Below, one piece after another: positions 52,507 through 61,393 of a stretch of DNA of 64,000 nt. The position numbers and the translations under genes were made by a program. Each line of letters begins with the position of its first letter. The stretch's first letter is position 1. Under the pieces are notes generated by a model. That model searched no databases. It was given only the letters and a program-made list of their open reading frames with translations, and was not told the DNA's origin. Source of the DNA: Candidatus Magasanikbacteria bacterium CG10_big_fil_rev_8_21_14_0_10_36_32 (GTDB lineage: Bacteria > Patescibacteriota > Patescibacteriia > Magasanikbacterales > GWA2-37-8); assembly GCA_002778465.1 (NCBI GenBank), contig PFBV01000005.1:7534-71533 (forward strand), in the 5' to 3' direction.

Positions 52507-53367
52507 TTATTGCCAAATTGGTTCGCCCGAAGTCAAAGTGTTCAACAGTTCTTTGTTGACTATTTTTACATTTGCCCATTTCCACCCGCGTTTTTTGAAA
52601 ATGTCAGGGTGGGCGATATACTGTTTTTGCGTTTTGGAAATCAGATAAATACGTTTACCGTTTTGTACTTTAACCAGAGTTTTTGGTTCTGTAAAGAGAA
52701 CACGAGCCGGGCCATTGGCTTGGCCAGTAATGCGGTCAAAATCATGTAATGTTTTCAAAATAGTATCATATTTATAGCGAAAGTCAAGCCCTTTAGGATT
52801 GCCAGAATCTTGAACAATAAATTCTTTTTTAGCATCATCAAAACCGCTTATAACCATCATGTGATAGGAAGAACCGTCTTGACGGAATCTTAAAGCGGGA
52901 TTATTCAATTCAAAACCGTAGTGCATTGAGATGACTGGTCGTTTGACCATCAATTCATTTTTTATTTCATCCAGAGTCGGATTTTCCTTAATAGTAGCAG
53001 TGAAAGATAAAAATTTATTTATAAATTGCATTGTTTCTTCGGCATTGGTATCTTTGTTAAAACCGAACAGTTCGTTTTCTAGGGTAAAAATTGGCAGCAT
53101 TAATTTTTTTGCTTCAGCGTTGGTTAATTTATTTTTTCCTTGGTAATATTGATCAATCATGGTTATGGTTGCTTCTTCGCAGGCGTTTTTCCACGGATCA
53201 ATCCATTTTCCATCCGGAACCTCAACAGCAAAAGGAATTTTTAATTTTATAAAAGTTATTTTTTTAGCCGCTAAAGATTTGATTGGATTAGATAAAATAA
53301 AAACCGCCATGAATAGCGGAATTAAAAATATGATAATATTTTTTTTCAACATATTGTTAAGAAACAA
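52507..53367 (-). CDS. Secreted or membrane-anchored putative papain-like cysteine peptidase (C39-like fold).
   Basis: N-terminal transmembrane segment. Candidate catalytic Cys in DPWKNACEEATITM. His in SSYHMMVISGFD. Weak assignment. Confidence 0.4.
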   Translation of the reverse strand: MFLNNMLKKNIIIFLIPLFMAVFILSNPIKSLAAKKITFIKLKIPFAVEVPDGKWIDPWKNACEEATITMIDQYYQGKNKLTNAEAKKLMLPIFTLENELFGFNKDTNAEETMQFINKFLSFTATIKENPTLDEIKNELMVKRPVISMHYGFELNNPALRFRQDGSSYHMMVISGFDDAKKEFIVQDSGNPKGLDFRYKYDTILKTLHDFDRITGQANGPARVLFTEPKTLVKVQNGKRIYLISKTQKQYIAHPDIFKKRGWKWANVKIVNKELLNTLTSGEPIWQ

Positions 53368-54940
53368 CTTCTCCGCCGAATTCTGTCGCTAACTCTGTTA
53401 ATACGGGATCGTTGGGAATATCGGTTTCGTTTTGCTGTGTTTGTGGATCAACTTCGCATAAAATTCTCATTTTTTCTTTAAATAATTCTTGCAAACCGTC
53501 TTCAATGGCCATTCTAGATTTTTTTTCTTCAATTTTTTCTTTATGAAATAAATAAGGCACAGTAAAAGTCAAATATTGTCCATCCCAATTTTTCAATTCC
53601 GCCATTTTTAGAACAAAAATTAAAGAATGGTATTCTTCAGATAGTTTATTGATTAATTCAGGCCAGCGATTTTGAATGTCAGCAAAAGAAATCCCAGGTG
53701 ACAACGTGTTTTTACTTTCAATCGGCTTAACAGAATTTTTTTTATGTATGGTTTTTTGTATTGTTGGTGTTTCATGTGTTTCTTTTTTTGTTTCAGATTT
53801 TTTACTGGAAGTTGCCGGTTGTACATCGTTAGAATTAGAAATTGAACCCGTATAGTCTCCACTCAACTCAATTACCATTAGTTCTAGGGGTAATTGAGGA
53901 ATAGGTGATTGTTTCATTTCTAAACGTCGGCGCATGACGGCTTCCATTATGTGAATAATTTCTTCAGTGGAAAATTTTTCAGAAAGTTCTTTAAGTTTTT
54001 TTCTGGCCGAATCATTTAAATCTGAAAAATGCAAATTTTTTTGTCCGAGTTGTGTAATCATAATGGTGCGAAGAGTTTCAATTAAATCCAGAGTAAATTG
54101 TTCCAAGTTTATCCCAGTTATTACCATTTCTCCTATTAATTCAAGAGCTTGTGTCGGATTTTTTTCAACTAGTGTTTCTAAGAAAATTATAATTTGTTCA
54201 ATGTCAGTTGCCGGCAATATTGTTTGAATATCTTTTTCTGTTATTTTTTTTAAATCAAGCGACAAAATCTGTCCAAGCAGGCTTTCGGCGTCGCGCAAGC
54301 AGCCGTCACTTTTTCCAATGATACGTTTAATAACCATTGGGTCAACTTTTATACCTTCTTCTTCGGCAATTGTCTGCATTTTTTTGGTGATTAAATCAGG
54401 AGAAATTTTTTGAAAATTAAATCGTTGGCATCGGGAAATAATAGTAGCTGGAATTTTATGCCATTCAGTGGTGGCCAAAATAAAAATTATATGAGCAGGC
54501 GGTTCCTCCAAAGTTTTAAGCAGAGCATTAAAAGCCGGAGTAGACAGCATGTGCACTTCGTCGATAATAAATATTTTATATTTGGAGTGTGATGGCCGGA
54601 ATTGTGCACTGTCAATGATATTTTCGCGTACGTTATCAACACCAGTATGTGACGCAGCATCTATTTCAATAACATCAATGTTTCTACCCTCGGTAATTTC
54701 TATACACGAAGAACATTTATTACAAGGTTCAAATTTTCTTTCTTTTCGATCCTGACAATTGACGGCCTTGGCGATTAAACGCGCCAAAGTGGTTTTGCCA
54801 ATGCCGCGCGGTCCAGAAAATAAATAAGCATGCGCCATGCGATTGGTGGCGATTTCATTGGTGATGGTTTGTGTTAGATGTTCTTGTCCGAGCAGGTCGG
54901 AAAAAGTTTGTGGACGGTATTTCCTGTAAAGAGTGGACAT
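53357..54940 (-). CDS. dnaX: DNA polymerase III subunit gamma/tau.
   Basis: YRKYRPQTFSDLLGQEH...AHAYLFSGPRGIGKTTLARLIAKAVNC (Walker A) and the zinc module CxxC. Confidence 0.85.
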   Translation of the reverse strand: MSTLYRKYRPQTFSDLLGQEHLTQTITNEIATNRMAHAYLFSGPRGIGKTTLARLIAKAVNCQDRKERKFEPCNKCSSCIEITEGRNIDVIEIDAASHTGVDNVRENIIDSAQFRPSHSKYKIFIIDEVHMLSTPAFNALLKTLEEPPAHIIFILATTEWHKIPATIISRCQRFNFQKISPDLITKKMQTIAEEEGIKVDPMVIKRIIGKSDGCLRDAESLLGQILSLDLKKITEKDIQTILPATDIEQIIIFLETLVEKNPTQALELIGEMVITGINLEQFTLDLIETLRTIMITQLGQKNLHFSDLNDSARKKLKELSEKFSTEEIIHIMEAVMRRRLEMKQSPIPQLPLELMVIELSGDYTGSISNSNDVQPATSSKKSETKKETHETPTIQKTIHKKNSVKPIESKNTLSPGISFADIQNRWPELINKLSEEYHSLIFVLKMAELKNWDGQYLTFTVPYLFHKEKIEEKKSRMAIEDGLQELFKEKMRILCEVDPQTQQNETDIPNDPVLTELATEFGGEVVS

Positions 54941-54996
54941 AAGTCAAATGTGGGATTATAAAAATCCGTCTTAAACAAAAAGTGTTTTAATTATAC

Positions 54997-57552
54997 TTAC
55001 AAACGTGGCCCGGAGTCAACACCAATTTCTCTTTTACTTGTCGCCCCAAGTTTAGAACGTTCCATAATTTCTTCTTCAACAATTTCTCTCGGGCGGCCAT
55101 ATTTTAAACGGGATAATTCTTTGATTGCCGCTGCCAGTTCGGTATTGCCTTTTTGTGGCGGATAGGGACTAAAATTAAACGGTTTAGCTGCCGTGTTGTC
55201 AATTAATAATTTTAAATAGACAGTGTATTGTTCAATATTGATTAAATCATAAGCTCCAAAAACAGGTGCAAATTCTTTAGCTAATATTTCAGCATCTTCA
55301 GTGCCAATGCGATAAACAGCAATCGTACCGGCATTTCCCAAGACAGCATCACGAACAGTGGATTTTCCTTTATTATCTTCCAGTTGTTTTAAATATTGAT
55401 GGGCAATAGTAAGATTTAATCGGTATTTTCGAGCTTCAGAAAGAATGGTGGCAATAGATTCGGTAATAAAGTTTTGAAATTCGTCTATATATAAGAAAAA
55501 GTCGTGACGTTGGTCTTCAGGAAGAGAAGCTCGTTCCATTGCTGCCATTTGCAGTTTGGAAACAATAATCATGCCCAATAAATTGGAATTAATTTCTCCA
55601 ACCAAACCTTTGGCCAAATTAACTAATAATATTTTTTTCTTATCCATTATTTCACGGAAATTAAAACCGGAATGTGTTTGTCCGACAATATTGCGAACCA
55701 TTGAATTTTCCACAAATCGTCCGACTTTGGAAATTAAATAACCAAGCATTTCCGATTTGTGAAAGTCGGAGGTTTTTGCCATTTCTTGATTCCAAAAATT
55801 TAAAACCACCGGATCTTTAATTTTCTTTTTCCATTCAGTCACAAAAGTATCATCAGTAAACATTCTTGGAATCTCAGCAATGGTACCGGGATTTTCATTG
55901 TCTGACATTAAAGTCAGCATCACATTTCTCATTTGATGTTCAAACATCGGTCCAATCATTGATGGATCGGTGACCAATTTATAAAAAATTGATATCATTT
56001 CTTGATTAATAAAATCTTTTTGATCCTCTGTTTTTGCTTCCAACATATTTAAACCAATCGGTCGTTCTACATCGGACGGATTAAAATAAATCACATCTTC
56101 TGCTCGTTCTTTTGGTACATGCTGTAAAACATACTCAACAAAATCTCCGTGCGGATCTATAACACAAACACCCTCGCCGTTTTGTACATCTTGAACGGCC
56201 AAATTTTGTAATAATACGGTTTTACCGCTGCCTGATTTACCAACCACATAGAAATGACGTCTTCGATCAGCTCTTTTCATTTTTACGATAGTTTCTTCAC
56301 CTCGATAAACAGTTCTCCCAAGAGTAATGCCTTCCCGTGGCATATTTACTGGCGGAGGGGCTTTACGAGCTCCAAGCCAGTTAATATGAGGTGTTTCAGT
56401 TAAAGATGTCGGTAAATGCCAAAAACTGGCCATTTCCTCAGTATTGGTTATCATAGATAAACCGGGTCGCATTGTTCGGTGAATTGATTCACGAATTAAT
56501 GTGTCTGGTTTTTTTGGAATAACTGCACCAAAAGAATTACCGTAACGGTAAATGTTATATTGATTAAATGAGTTTAAGATATTTTCTAAGTTTAATTGAG
56601 CTTTTTCGTTGGAGGATGAAGTACTGACAACACGAATTGTAATTTCCAATCCGCCGTGGCTGATTTTATCTTCCATTCCTTTTAACATTTCTTCTTCCAT
56701 TTGTGTCATTCGGTAAGATTCAGTGGGGGATTGTTCCTTGTTTTGTTTTTTTGGTTTAGACCATTTTTTAAATAAGTTTGATATACCGGTTCGGCGCACT
56801 ACATTTTCAAATTTTTCTCCGGCGCGTATTTCTCTAATTATTCTTACTCCGTCTTTTCGCCATTCGGTTGAAGCCGGACGAACGACGTATTGAATAATAG
56901 CCCCCTCATTTTCTACTAGTTTGCTTAAGGGATTTAATAATCCCACAAGTGGATCACTGTCCATTTGTTTATATGTTTTGAACGGAAAAACTGATTTTTG
57001 TTTGAACCACAGGTAAGCGCCGACTATGTGGCTATCCGGTTTGAAAATATTATAATCGGTTTCTTCGGTAATTTCCGCGTGTGGATACTGAGCGTGGATT
57101 TGTTGAGAAACAAAATCTTTCATTTTATCAGGTACGGCCACATAAAAAGATATTTTACTGTCTCTGACCACCACTTCAAATGAAAAAAGTTCTTTTGGTC
57201 CCAAAAACCATGACATAAATCCTTGTTCGCGCCGCAATCCGGCAAGGGAAGAAAATAAAGTGGCAGCTATGGCAATTTGCTCACGATTTTGACTAACGGT
57301 ATCAGTGCCAGCATTTAAAGTTTCACCTTTTTTTTCTTTTGGTACGCGGATAAGTATGATGGTTTTGTGAAAAGCCTTACTATCAAGATTTTTTATTTGA
57401 AGAATTTTTCTAATCAAATTAAAAACAATAATTAAAGCGGCAACAAAAAGTGGAATCAGTAATAACCAAAGCCAATCCGCGCTTGGTGTTGGAATTGTTG
57501 AGGCGCTTAAAGACATTGTGTCAAGCGGATTGATTGGAAATTGATTTTCCAT
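54997..57552 (-). CDS. VirB4/TrbE/CagE-family (T4SS-type) ATPase with an N-terminal transmembrane helix and a large N-terminal domain.
   Basis: Walker A HFYVVGKSGSGKTVLLQN. Walker B-like FFLYIDEFQNF. The RKYRLNLTIAHQ motif matches the VirB4 RK...TQ signature. N-terminal transmembrane segment WLWLLLIPLFVAALIIVFNL. Confidence 0.6.
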   Translation of the reverse strand: MENQFPINPLDTMSLSASTIPTPSADWLWLLLIPLFVAALIIVFNLIRKILQIKNLDSKAFHKTIILIRVPKEKKGETLNAGTDTVSQNREQIAIAATLFSSLAGLRREQGFMSWFLGPKELFSFEVVVRDSKISFYVAVPDKMKDFVSQQIHAQYPHAEITEETDYNIFKPDSHIVGAYLWFKQKSVFPFKTYKQMDSDPLVGLLNPLSKLVENEGAIIQYVVRPASTEWRKDGVRIIREIRAGEKFENVVRRTGISNLFKKWSKPKKQNKEQSPTESYRMTQMEEEMLKGMEDKISHGGLEITIRVVSTSSSNEKAQLNLENILNSFNQYNIYRYGNSFGAVIPKKPDTLIRESIHRTMRPGLSMITNTEEMASFWHLPTSLTETPHINWLGARKAPPPVNMPREGITLGRTVYRGEETIVKMKRADRRRHFYVVGKSGSGKTVLLQNLAVQDVQNGEGVCVIDPHGDFVEYVLQHVPKERAEDVIYFNPSDVERPIGLNMLEAKTEDQKDFINQEMISIFYKLVTDPSMIGPMFEHQMRNVMLTLMSDNENPGTIAEIPRMFTDDTFVTEWKKKIKDPVVLNFWNQEMAKTSDFHKSEMLGYLISKVGRFVENSMVRNIVGQTHSGFNFREIMDKKKILLVNLAKGLVGEINSNLLGMIIVSKLQMAAMERASLPEDQRHDFFLYIDEFQNFITESIATILSEARKYRLNLTIAHQYLKQLEDNKGKSTVRDAVLGNAGTIAVYRIGTEDAEILAKEFAPVFGAYDLINIEQYTVYLKLLIDNTAAKPFNFSPYPPQKGNTELAAAIKELSRLKYGRPREIVEEEIMERSKLGATSKREIGVDSGPRL

Positions 57553-57553
57553 G

Positions 57554-58123
57554 CTAAAGTTGATTTTTATTTTTTAGACCTATAATGTAATCGGTTTTTA
57601 TTTTTGCCTCTTGTTCAAGAAAAAAACGGTTTACGCCGGGAAGCATATATAACCATTCTAAAATTAATCTAAATATTTTTTTTACTTTAATTTTGGTAGC
57701 GTGCAGCAGTTCGCTTATTTTATCCGCTGTTTCCTCGCCTTTTATTTTAAATTCTTGTTGGGCGATAGGGGAGAGTTTTTCGTATGATTCCCGAATTCCT
57801 TCCTCCATTATTTTTTCCACCTTTAATGCTAATTCGTCTCGGATTATCCGTGTCGGCGGGATAATTTTTTTCTTTTTAAAAGGCAGTTTGGAAAGTAATG
57901 ATTTTTCCTGTGTGGCCGATTTTGTTTCAGGAAATGATTTTTTTTCGTTTGGCTCTGTTTCCTTCTCATTATTGGTTATTTCCGCGGTTGGAATATTCAA
58001 AGAATCCGGCTTTGTTTCAATGGCCGGGTAGCGTTCAATCTCAGGAATTATATTCTCCTGTTTTTTGATATCCATAACAATATTAATGATATTATTATAC
58101 CATATTATATGAAATGAGGACAA
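57554..58123 (-). CDS. Hypothetical charged or coiled-coil protein, co-transcribed upstream of the VirB4-like ATPase.
   Basis: Abuts the ATPase start with a 1-nt gap. Lys/Glu-rich. No motif. Confidence 0.4.
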   Translation of the reverse strand: MSSFHIIWYNNIINIVMDIKKQENIIPEIERYPAIETKPDSLNIPTAEITNNEKETEPNEKKSFPETKSATQEKSLLSKLPFKKKKIIPPTRIIRDELALKVEKIMEEGIRESYEKLSPIAQQEFKIKGEETADKISELLHATKIKVKKIFRLILEWLYMLPGVNRFFLEQEAKIKTDYIIGLKNKNQL

Positions 58124-58227
58124 ATGGGTTTTGTGGGCAAAATTATTGAATAAAACCTTGAAATTGAGGGTGTTTTAAATTTTTAATTTTTAAGGTTTAA
58201 GATTATTTTTATTTAATTATTAAAATA

Positions 58228-58236
58228 TGGTATAAT
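58228..58236 (+). promoter_or_regulatory. Extended -10 promoter element TGgTATAAT about 30 nt upstream of corA.
   Basis: atatGGTATAATaaatt read directly from the sequence. Confidence 0.3.
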
Positions 58237-58266
58237 AAATTACATTAAAAATTAAAACTTAAAATT

Positions 58267-59214
58267 ATGAAAAATAATAAGTATATTCAAGAAATTGAAA
58301 CCAAGGGCATTAAGTGGATAAATGTATCAAAACAGTCCGAACCAGAATTGAATTATTTGCAAAAGCAGTTTGATTTGGACGAATTAGATATTAAAGAAAG
58401 TTTGCCGCCATTTCAACGCGCCAAAATCGCTAAGCGTCCGGATTATTATTTTATGGTTTTGCATTTTCCAATTTTTGATCGCGTTAGTCGGCGGCTATTG
58501 TTTACCGAAGTCGATTTCTTTTTAAGCCATAATTATTTAATTACAGTTCATGATGGAAAATTGATTGCTTTGGAACAATTTTTTAATCAGTGCAAGAAAT
58601 ATCCGCAAATGAGCAATGAATATTTTACCGGTTCAGCGGTGCATATTTTATTTGAATTATTAAACAGAATGTTGGAAGCGATTTTTCCTATTTTATTGCA
58701 TGTTAATGATGATATTACTTTGGTGGACAAAAAATTATTTACTCATATCTCCGGACAAGAAATGGCGGAAGAGGTTTTACGCTTAAAAACCAATGTAGTT
58801 ACTTTTCGTCGGACTATGCAGGGACACAGAACGGTGATGGAACGTTTGATTTTGTATAGTGGAATGTTTAATGATAAAAATTTGGATTTGCAAGCACAGC
58901 AGCATTACATTAACAGTTTGCGTGAATTTACTTCTGAAATTTGGCATATGTTGGAGAATCAAAGAGAAAGCATTAATGCTTTACATGAAACCAATGAGTC
59001 AATTATTAGTTTGCGTACCAACCAAGTAATGAAAATTTTGACTATAATCTCAGTGATTACTTTTCCATTATCGTTGTTGGCGGCGATTTTTGCCATTGAC
59101 GCGCCTGGCCGACCGTTTGTTGATTGGCCTTATGGATTTTGGATTATTTGTGGATTAATGGTTCTTGGCGCGACATTTATGATTTCTTTGTTTAAAAAGA
59201 AAAAATGGCTGTAA
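58267..59214 (+). CDS. CorA-family divalent cation transporter with a non-canonical selectivity motif (AID in place of GMN).
   Basis: The C-terminal two-helix pair LTIISVITFPLSLLAAIFAIDAPGRPF aligns with CorA LTIVSTIFLPLTFIAGIYGMNF. Confidence 0.6.
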   Translation: MKNNKYIQEIETKGIKWINVSKQSEPELNYLQKQFDLDELDIKESLPPFQRAKIAKRPDYYFMVLHFPIFDRVSRRLLFTEVDFFLSHNYLITVHDGKLIALEQFFNQCKKYPQMSNEYFTGSAVHILFELLNRMLEAIFPILLHVNDDITLVDKKLFTHISGQEMAEEVLRLKTNVVTFRRTMQGHRTVMERLILYSGMFNDKNLDLQAQQHYINSLREFTSEIWHMLENQRESINALHETNESIISLRTNQVMKILTIISVITFPLSLLAAIFAIDAPGRPFVDWPYGFWIICGLMVLGATFMISLFKKKKWL

Positions 59215-59228
59215 TTAAATAAAATCAA

Positions 59229-59261
59229 AAGATCGCCTTGTTGCAACTTGGCGATCTTTTT
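59229..59261 (+). terminator. Intrinsic terminator (aagatcgccttgttgcaacttggcgatctttt).
   Basis: 9-bp stem plus T-run after corA. Confidence 0.5.
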
Positions 59262-59351
59262 AAATTGACTAAATACTTGTCATGTGCTAAGTTACTTTTG
59301 GTGTTCTTTAAAAATTATTCAGCCAAAAAGTCACTTTGGTCGGAGGAAACA

Positions 59352-60140
59352 ATGAGTCAGAAAAAAGAGTCTATGAGTCGTTTGGAAAAAGATTTGCTGG
59401 CGGCTACAGTTTTTTGTATCATGATTGTAAATATAACGGTTAAGGATGAAAAAACCGGCAGGAAAAAGAGGCAGGACGATGTTCGTCAATTTTCCGCCAC
59501 CGCCTTTGAAAAGGAAGGCAACATTTATCGATTTATAGCGGCGGCGCATTGTATTGGTGACAATAATCAGATGTGTGATGATATTATGAATAATTCGTTG
59601 AAAATTCCTCCCATGATTTATTTGTCCAAAAATAGTCTGGCTACTAAACAGGGTATCTATAGAGCTAAATTAGTAGCTATGGGAAAATTGTCTGAAGGTG
59701 AAGATTTTGCCGTTTTGGAAGCGGAAATAAACGATTGTGAAATAACGGTTATCCCATTAGTAGATTCTAATTTGGAAATGGGCGATGAAGTCATTAATAT
59801 TGCCACGCCAATTGGTTGGGACAAAACATTGTTTCGTGGTTATGTCGCCAATCTAAATATGGATAAATTTAAATATTCCATCGGAGAAGATTCAATTGAA
59901 ATTAAAACTGCCATACTGTGCAGTCTGCCATCTGGACCTGGTTCTTCCGGTTCAGCCATTGTCAGTGAAAAACATGGCGGCATTGTGGCAATTTTAGTAT
60001 CCAGTTTGAAATCCGGAAAAAAAACAATTGCGCCCGTTTCGGTTGTTTTACCGATTAGAATGTTTAAAGAGTTTTGGAAGATGTTTAAATTGGAAATTAA
60101 ATCTAATCAATATTTTGAAGAAAATATTGATTTTGTTTAA
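59352..60140 (+). CDS. Secreted trypsin-like serine protease, paralog 5.
   Basis: GGAGG ribosome-binding site. Start at MSQKKESM. Catalytic motifs AAAHC, EDFAVL and SGPGSSGSAIV. Confidence 0.65.
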   Translation: MSQKKESMSRLEKDLLAATVFCIMIVNITVKDEKTGRKKRQDDVRQFSATAFEKEGNIYRFIAAAHCIGDNNQMCDDIMNNSLKIPPMIYLSKNSLATKQGIYRAKLVAMGKLSEGEDFAVLEAEINDCEITVIPLVDSNLEMGDEVINIATPIGWDKTLFRGYVANLNMDKFKYSIGEDSIEIKTAILCSLPSGPGSSGSAIVSEKHGGIVAILVSSLKSGKKTIAPVSVVLPIRMFKEFWKMFKLEIKSNQYFEENIDFV

Positions 60141-60198
60141 TTTAGAGGTTGTCACGGAAAAATCGGCTGAATAATATTTTTTGTTCTTTCTTAAATTT

Positions 60199-60223
60199 AC
60201 CCCGATTCAAATCGGGGTTTTTA
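60199..60223 (+). terminator. Intrinsic terminator (accccgattcaaatcggggttttt).
   Basis: Hairpin followed by a T-run. Confidence 0.6.
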
Positions 60224-60305
60224 TTTTATCTCTTGACCATCTTATATATAGTTGGTAGATTACCTTATTGTTCTTTTACAATAACAACGCTTAAGGAGGC
60301 GAAAA

Positions 60306-61232
60306 ATGGTTAAGAAGAATGAATCCGGACTTGTTACTCAACCTAAAGAAAGTTTTTTGTCGCCATTGGAACAAAAGGCGATGGCGGCAACCGGTGTGAT
60401 GACATCTATGATGGAAGCTGTAGATAGTGCTACTGGAGAAAAATTTTTGATACCTCGGGGTATGTGTACAGCCACGGCCTTCAAACGCCGTGGCAATGTC
60501 TATTATTTTATTACCGCCGCGCATTGCGCTGGTATAGCCGGACCTACTCAGGGTGATATGTGTTTACCTGAAGATAGTGATCGTGGTTTTATTAGAGTAA
60601 TGCCATGGAAATGGTTTATTGATTTGAGCGAAGGCGGTTTATCACTGTCTGTTTTGCATGAAGCAGAACTTTATTCCATTGGTCACACTGGACAAGGCGA
60701 TGATTTTGCTGTTTTTAAAGTTAAGTTGCAAAAACCTATTCCAGTTATGCCACTGGCTCTCTGGGATCCGCGAGTTGGTGAGCCCGTCATCAATGTGGCC
60801 GCGCCGGCGAATTTGGGCAAGCAGCTTTTTCGTGGTCATGTCAGTAGAGAATATTTTTCGACTAGGGGTGACAAAGATGCGGGAAAGGTTTTGTTTCAGT
60901 TGCCGTGCGCCCCAGGTTCTTCCGGTTCGTCCATTATTAGTCAGTCGCAAAAAGGTATTATTGCTATTTTGAATGAATCAATTAGTATTTCTTCGACCAC
61001 AGATGATGGTAAAGAATTTGTTACTCAACTTAATTCTGCCGCTTTGCCTGTTAGTCGGTTCGTGAAGTTTTGGAAATTATCCGAAAAAGGTGAATACCCT
61101 TATCCGGCTTTTGTTCCGTTGAATTTTCAGCCATGGATGCTTGGCTTGGAGGATATACCCGAATTAAACGATGCTTGTGGCAATTGTGAAGGTTGTGAAT
61201 GTCATTCTAAAAAAAACATTCACGGAAGATGA
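60306..61232 (+). CDS. Trypsin-like serine protease, paralog 6 (no obvious N-terminal hydrophobic segment).
   Basis: AGGAGG ribosome-binding site. Catalytic motifs TAAHC, DDFAVF and CAPGSSGSSII. The C-terminus is Cys-rich (CGNCEGCECH). Confidence 0.65.
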   Translation: MVKKNESGLVTQPKESFLSPLEQKAMAATGVMTSMMEAVDSATGEKFLIPRGMCTATAFKRRGNVYYFITAAHCAGIAGPTQGDMCLPEDSDRGFIRVMPWKWFIDLSEGGLSLSVLHEAELYSIGHTGQGDDFAVFKVKLQKPIPVMPLALWDPRVGEPVINVAAPANLGKQLFRGHVSREYFSTRGDKDAGKVLFQLPCAPGSSGSSIISQSQKGIIAILNESISISSTTDDGKEFVTQLNSAALPVSRFVKFWKLSEKGEYPYPAFVPLNFQPWMLGLEDIPELNDACGNCEGCECHSKKNIHGR

Positions 61233-61307
61233 ACCATCGGAATCACTTTTAGAAAAATAGGGTATTTCTTCGACTGAAGAAGTGTCTGAATAATTTTTGT
61301 TCTTTTT

Positions 61308-61336
61308 ACCCCACCTATTTAGGTGGGGTTTTTATT
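61308..61336 (+). terminator. Intrinsic terminator (accccacctatttaggtggggttttt).
   Basis: Hairpin followed by a T-run. Confidence 0.6.
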
Positions 61337-61342
61337 TTAAAT

Positions 61343-61364
61343 AATACCCATTTAAATGGGTATT
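61343..61364. terminator. Second copy of the palindrome AATACCCATTTAAATGGGTATT, lying between convergent genes.
   Basis: Identical to 20478-20499. Confidence 0.5.
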
Positions 61365-61393
61365 ATTTATTTCAACATTCAAAAATTTATTTT

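Noticed and set aside
52200-52510. Interpretation of the tRNA-Gln scars as the boundary of a currently integrated prophage or ICE.
   Set aside because: No integrase or recombinase gene, phage structural gene or relaxase is visible in the window. Flanking genes include housekeeping dnaX and ldcA. It is retained only as a recombination-scar finding.
52328-52585. 85-aa minus-strand ORF containing the duplicated peptide RDRLMVGHETLNLV.
   Set aside because: It is produced by translation across the tRNA-Gln gene and its partial copy; the internal repeat is the tRNA repeat. It is not coding.
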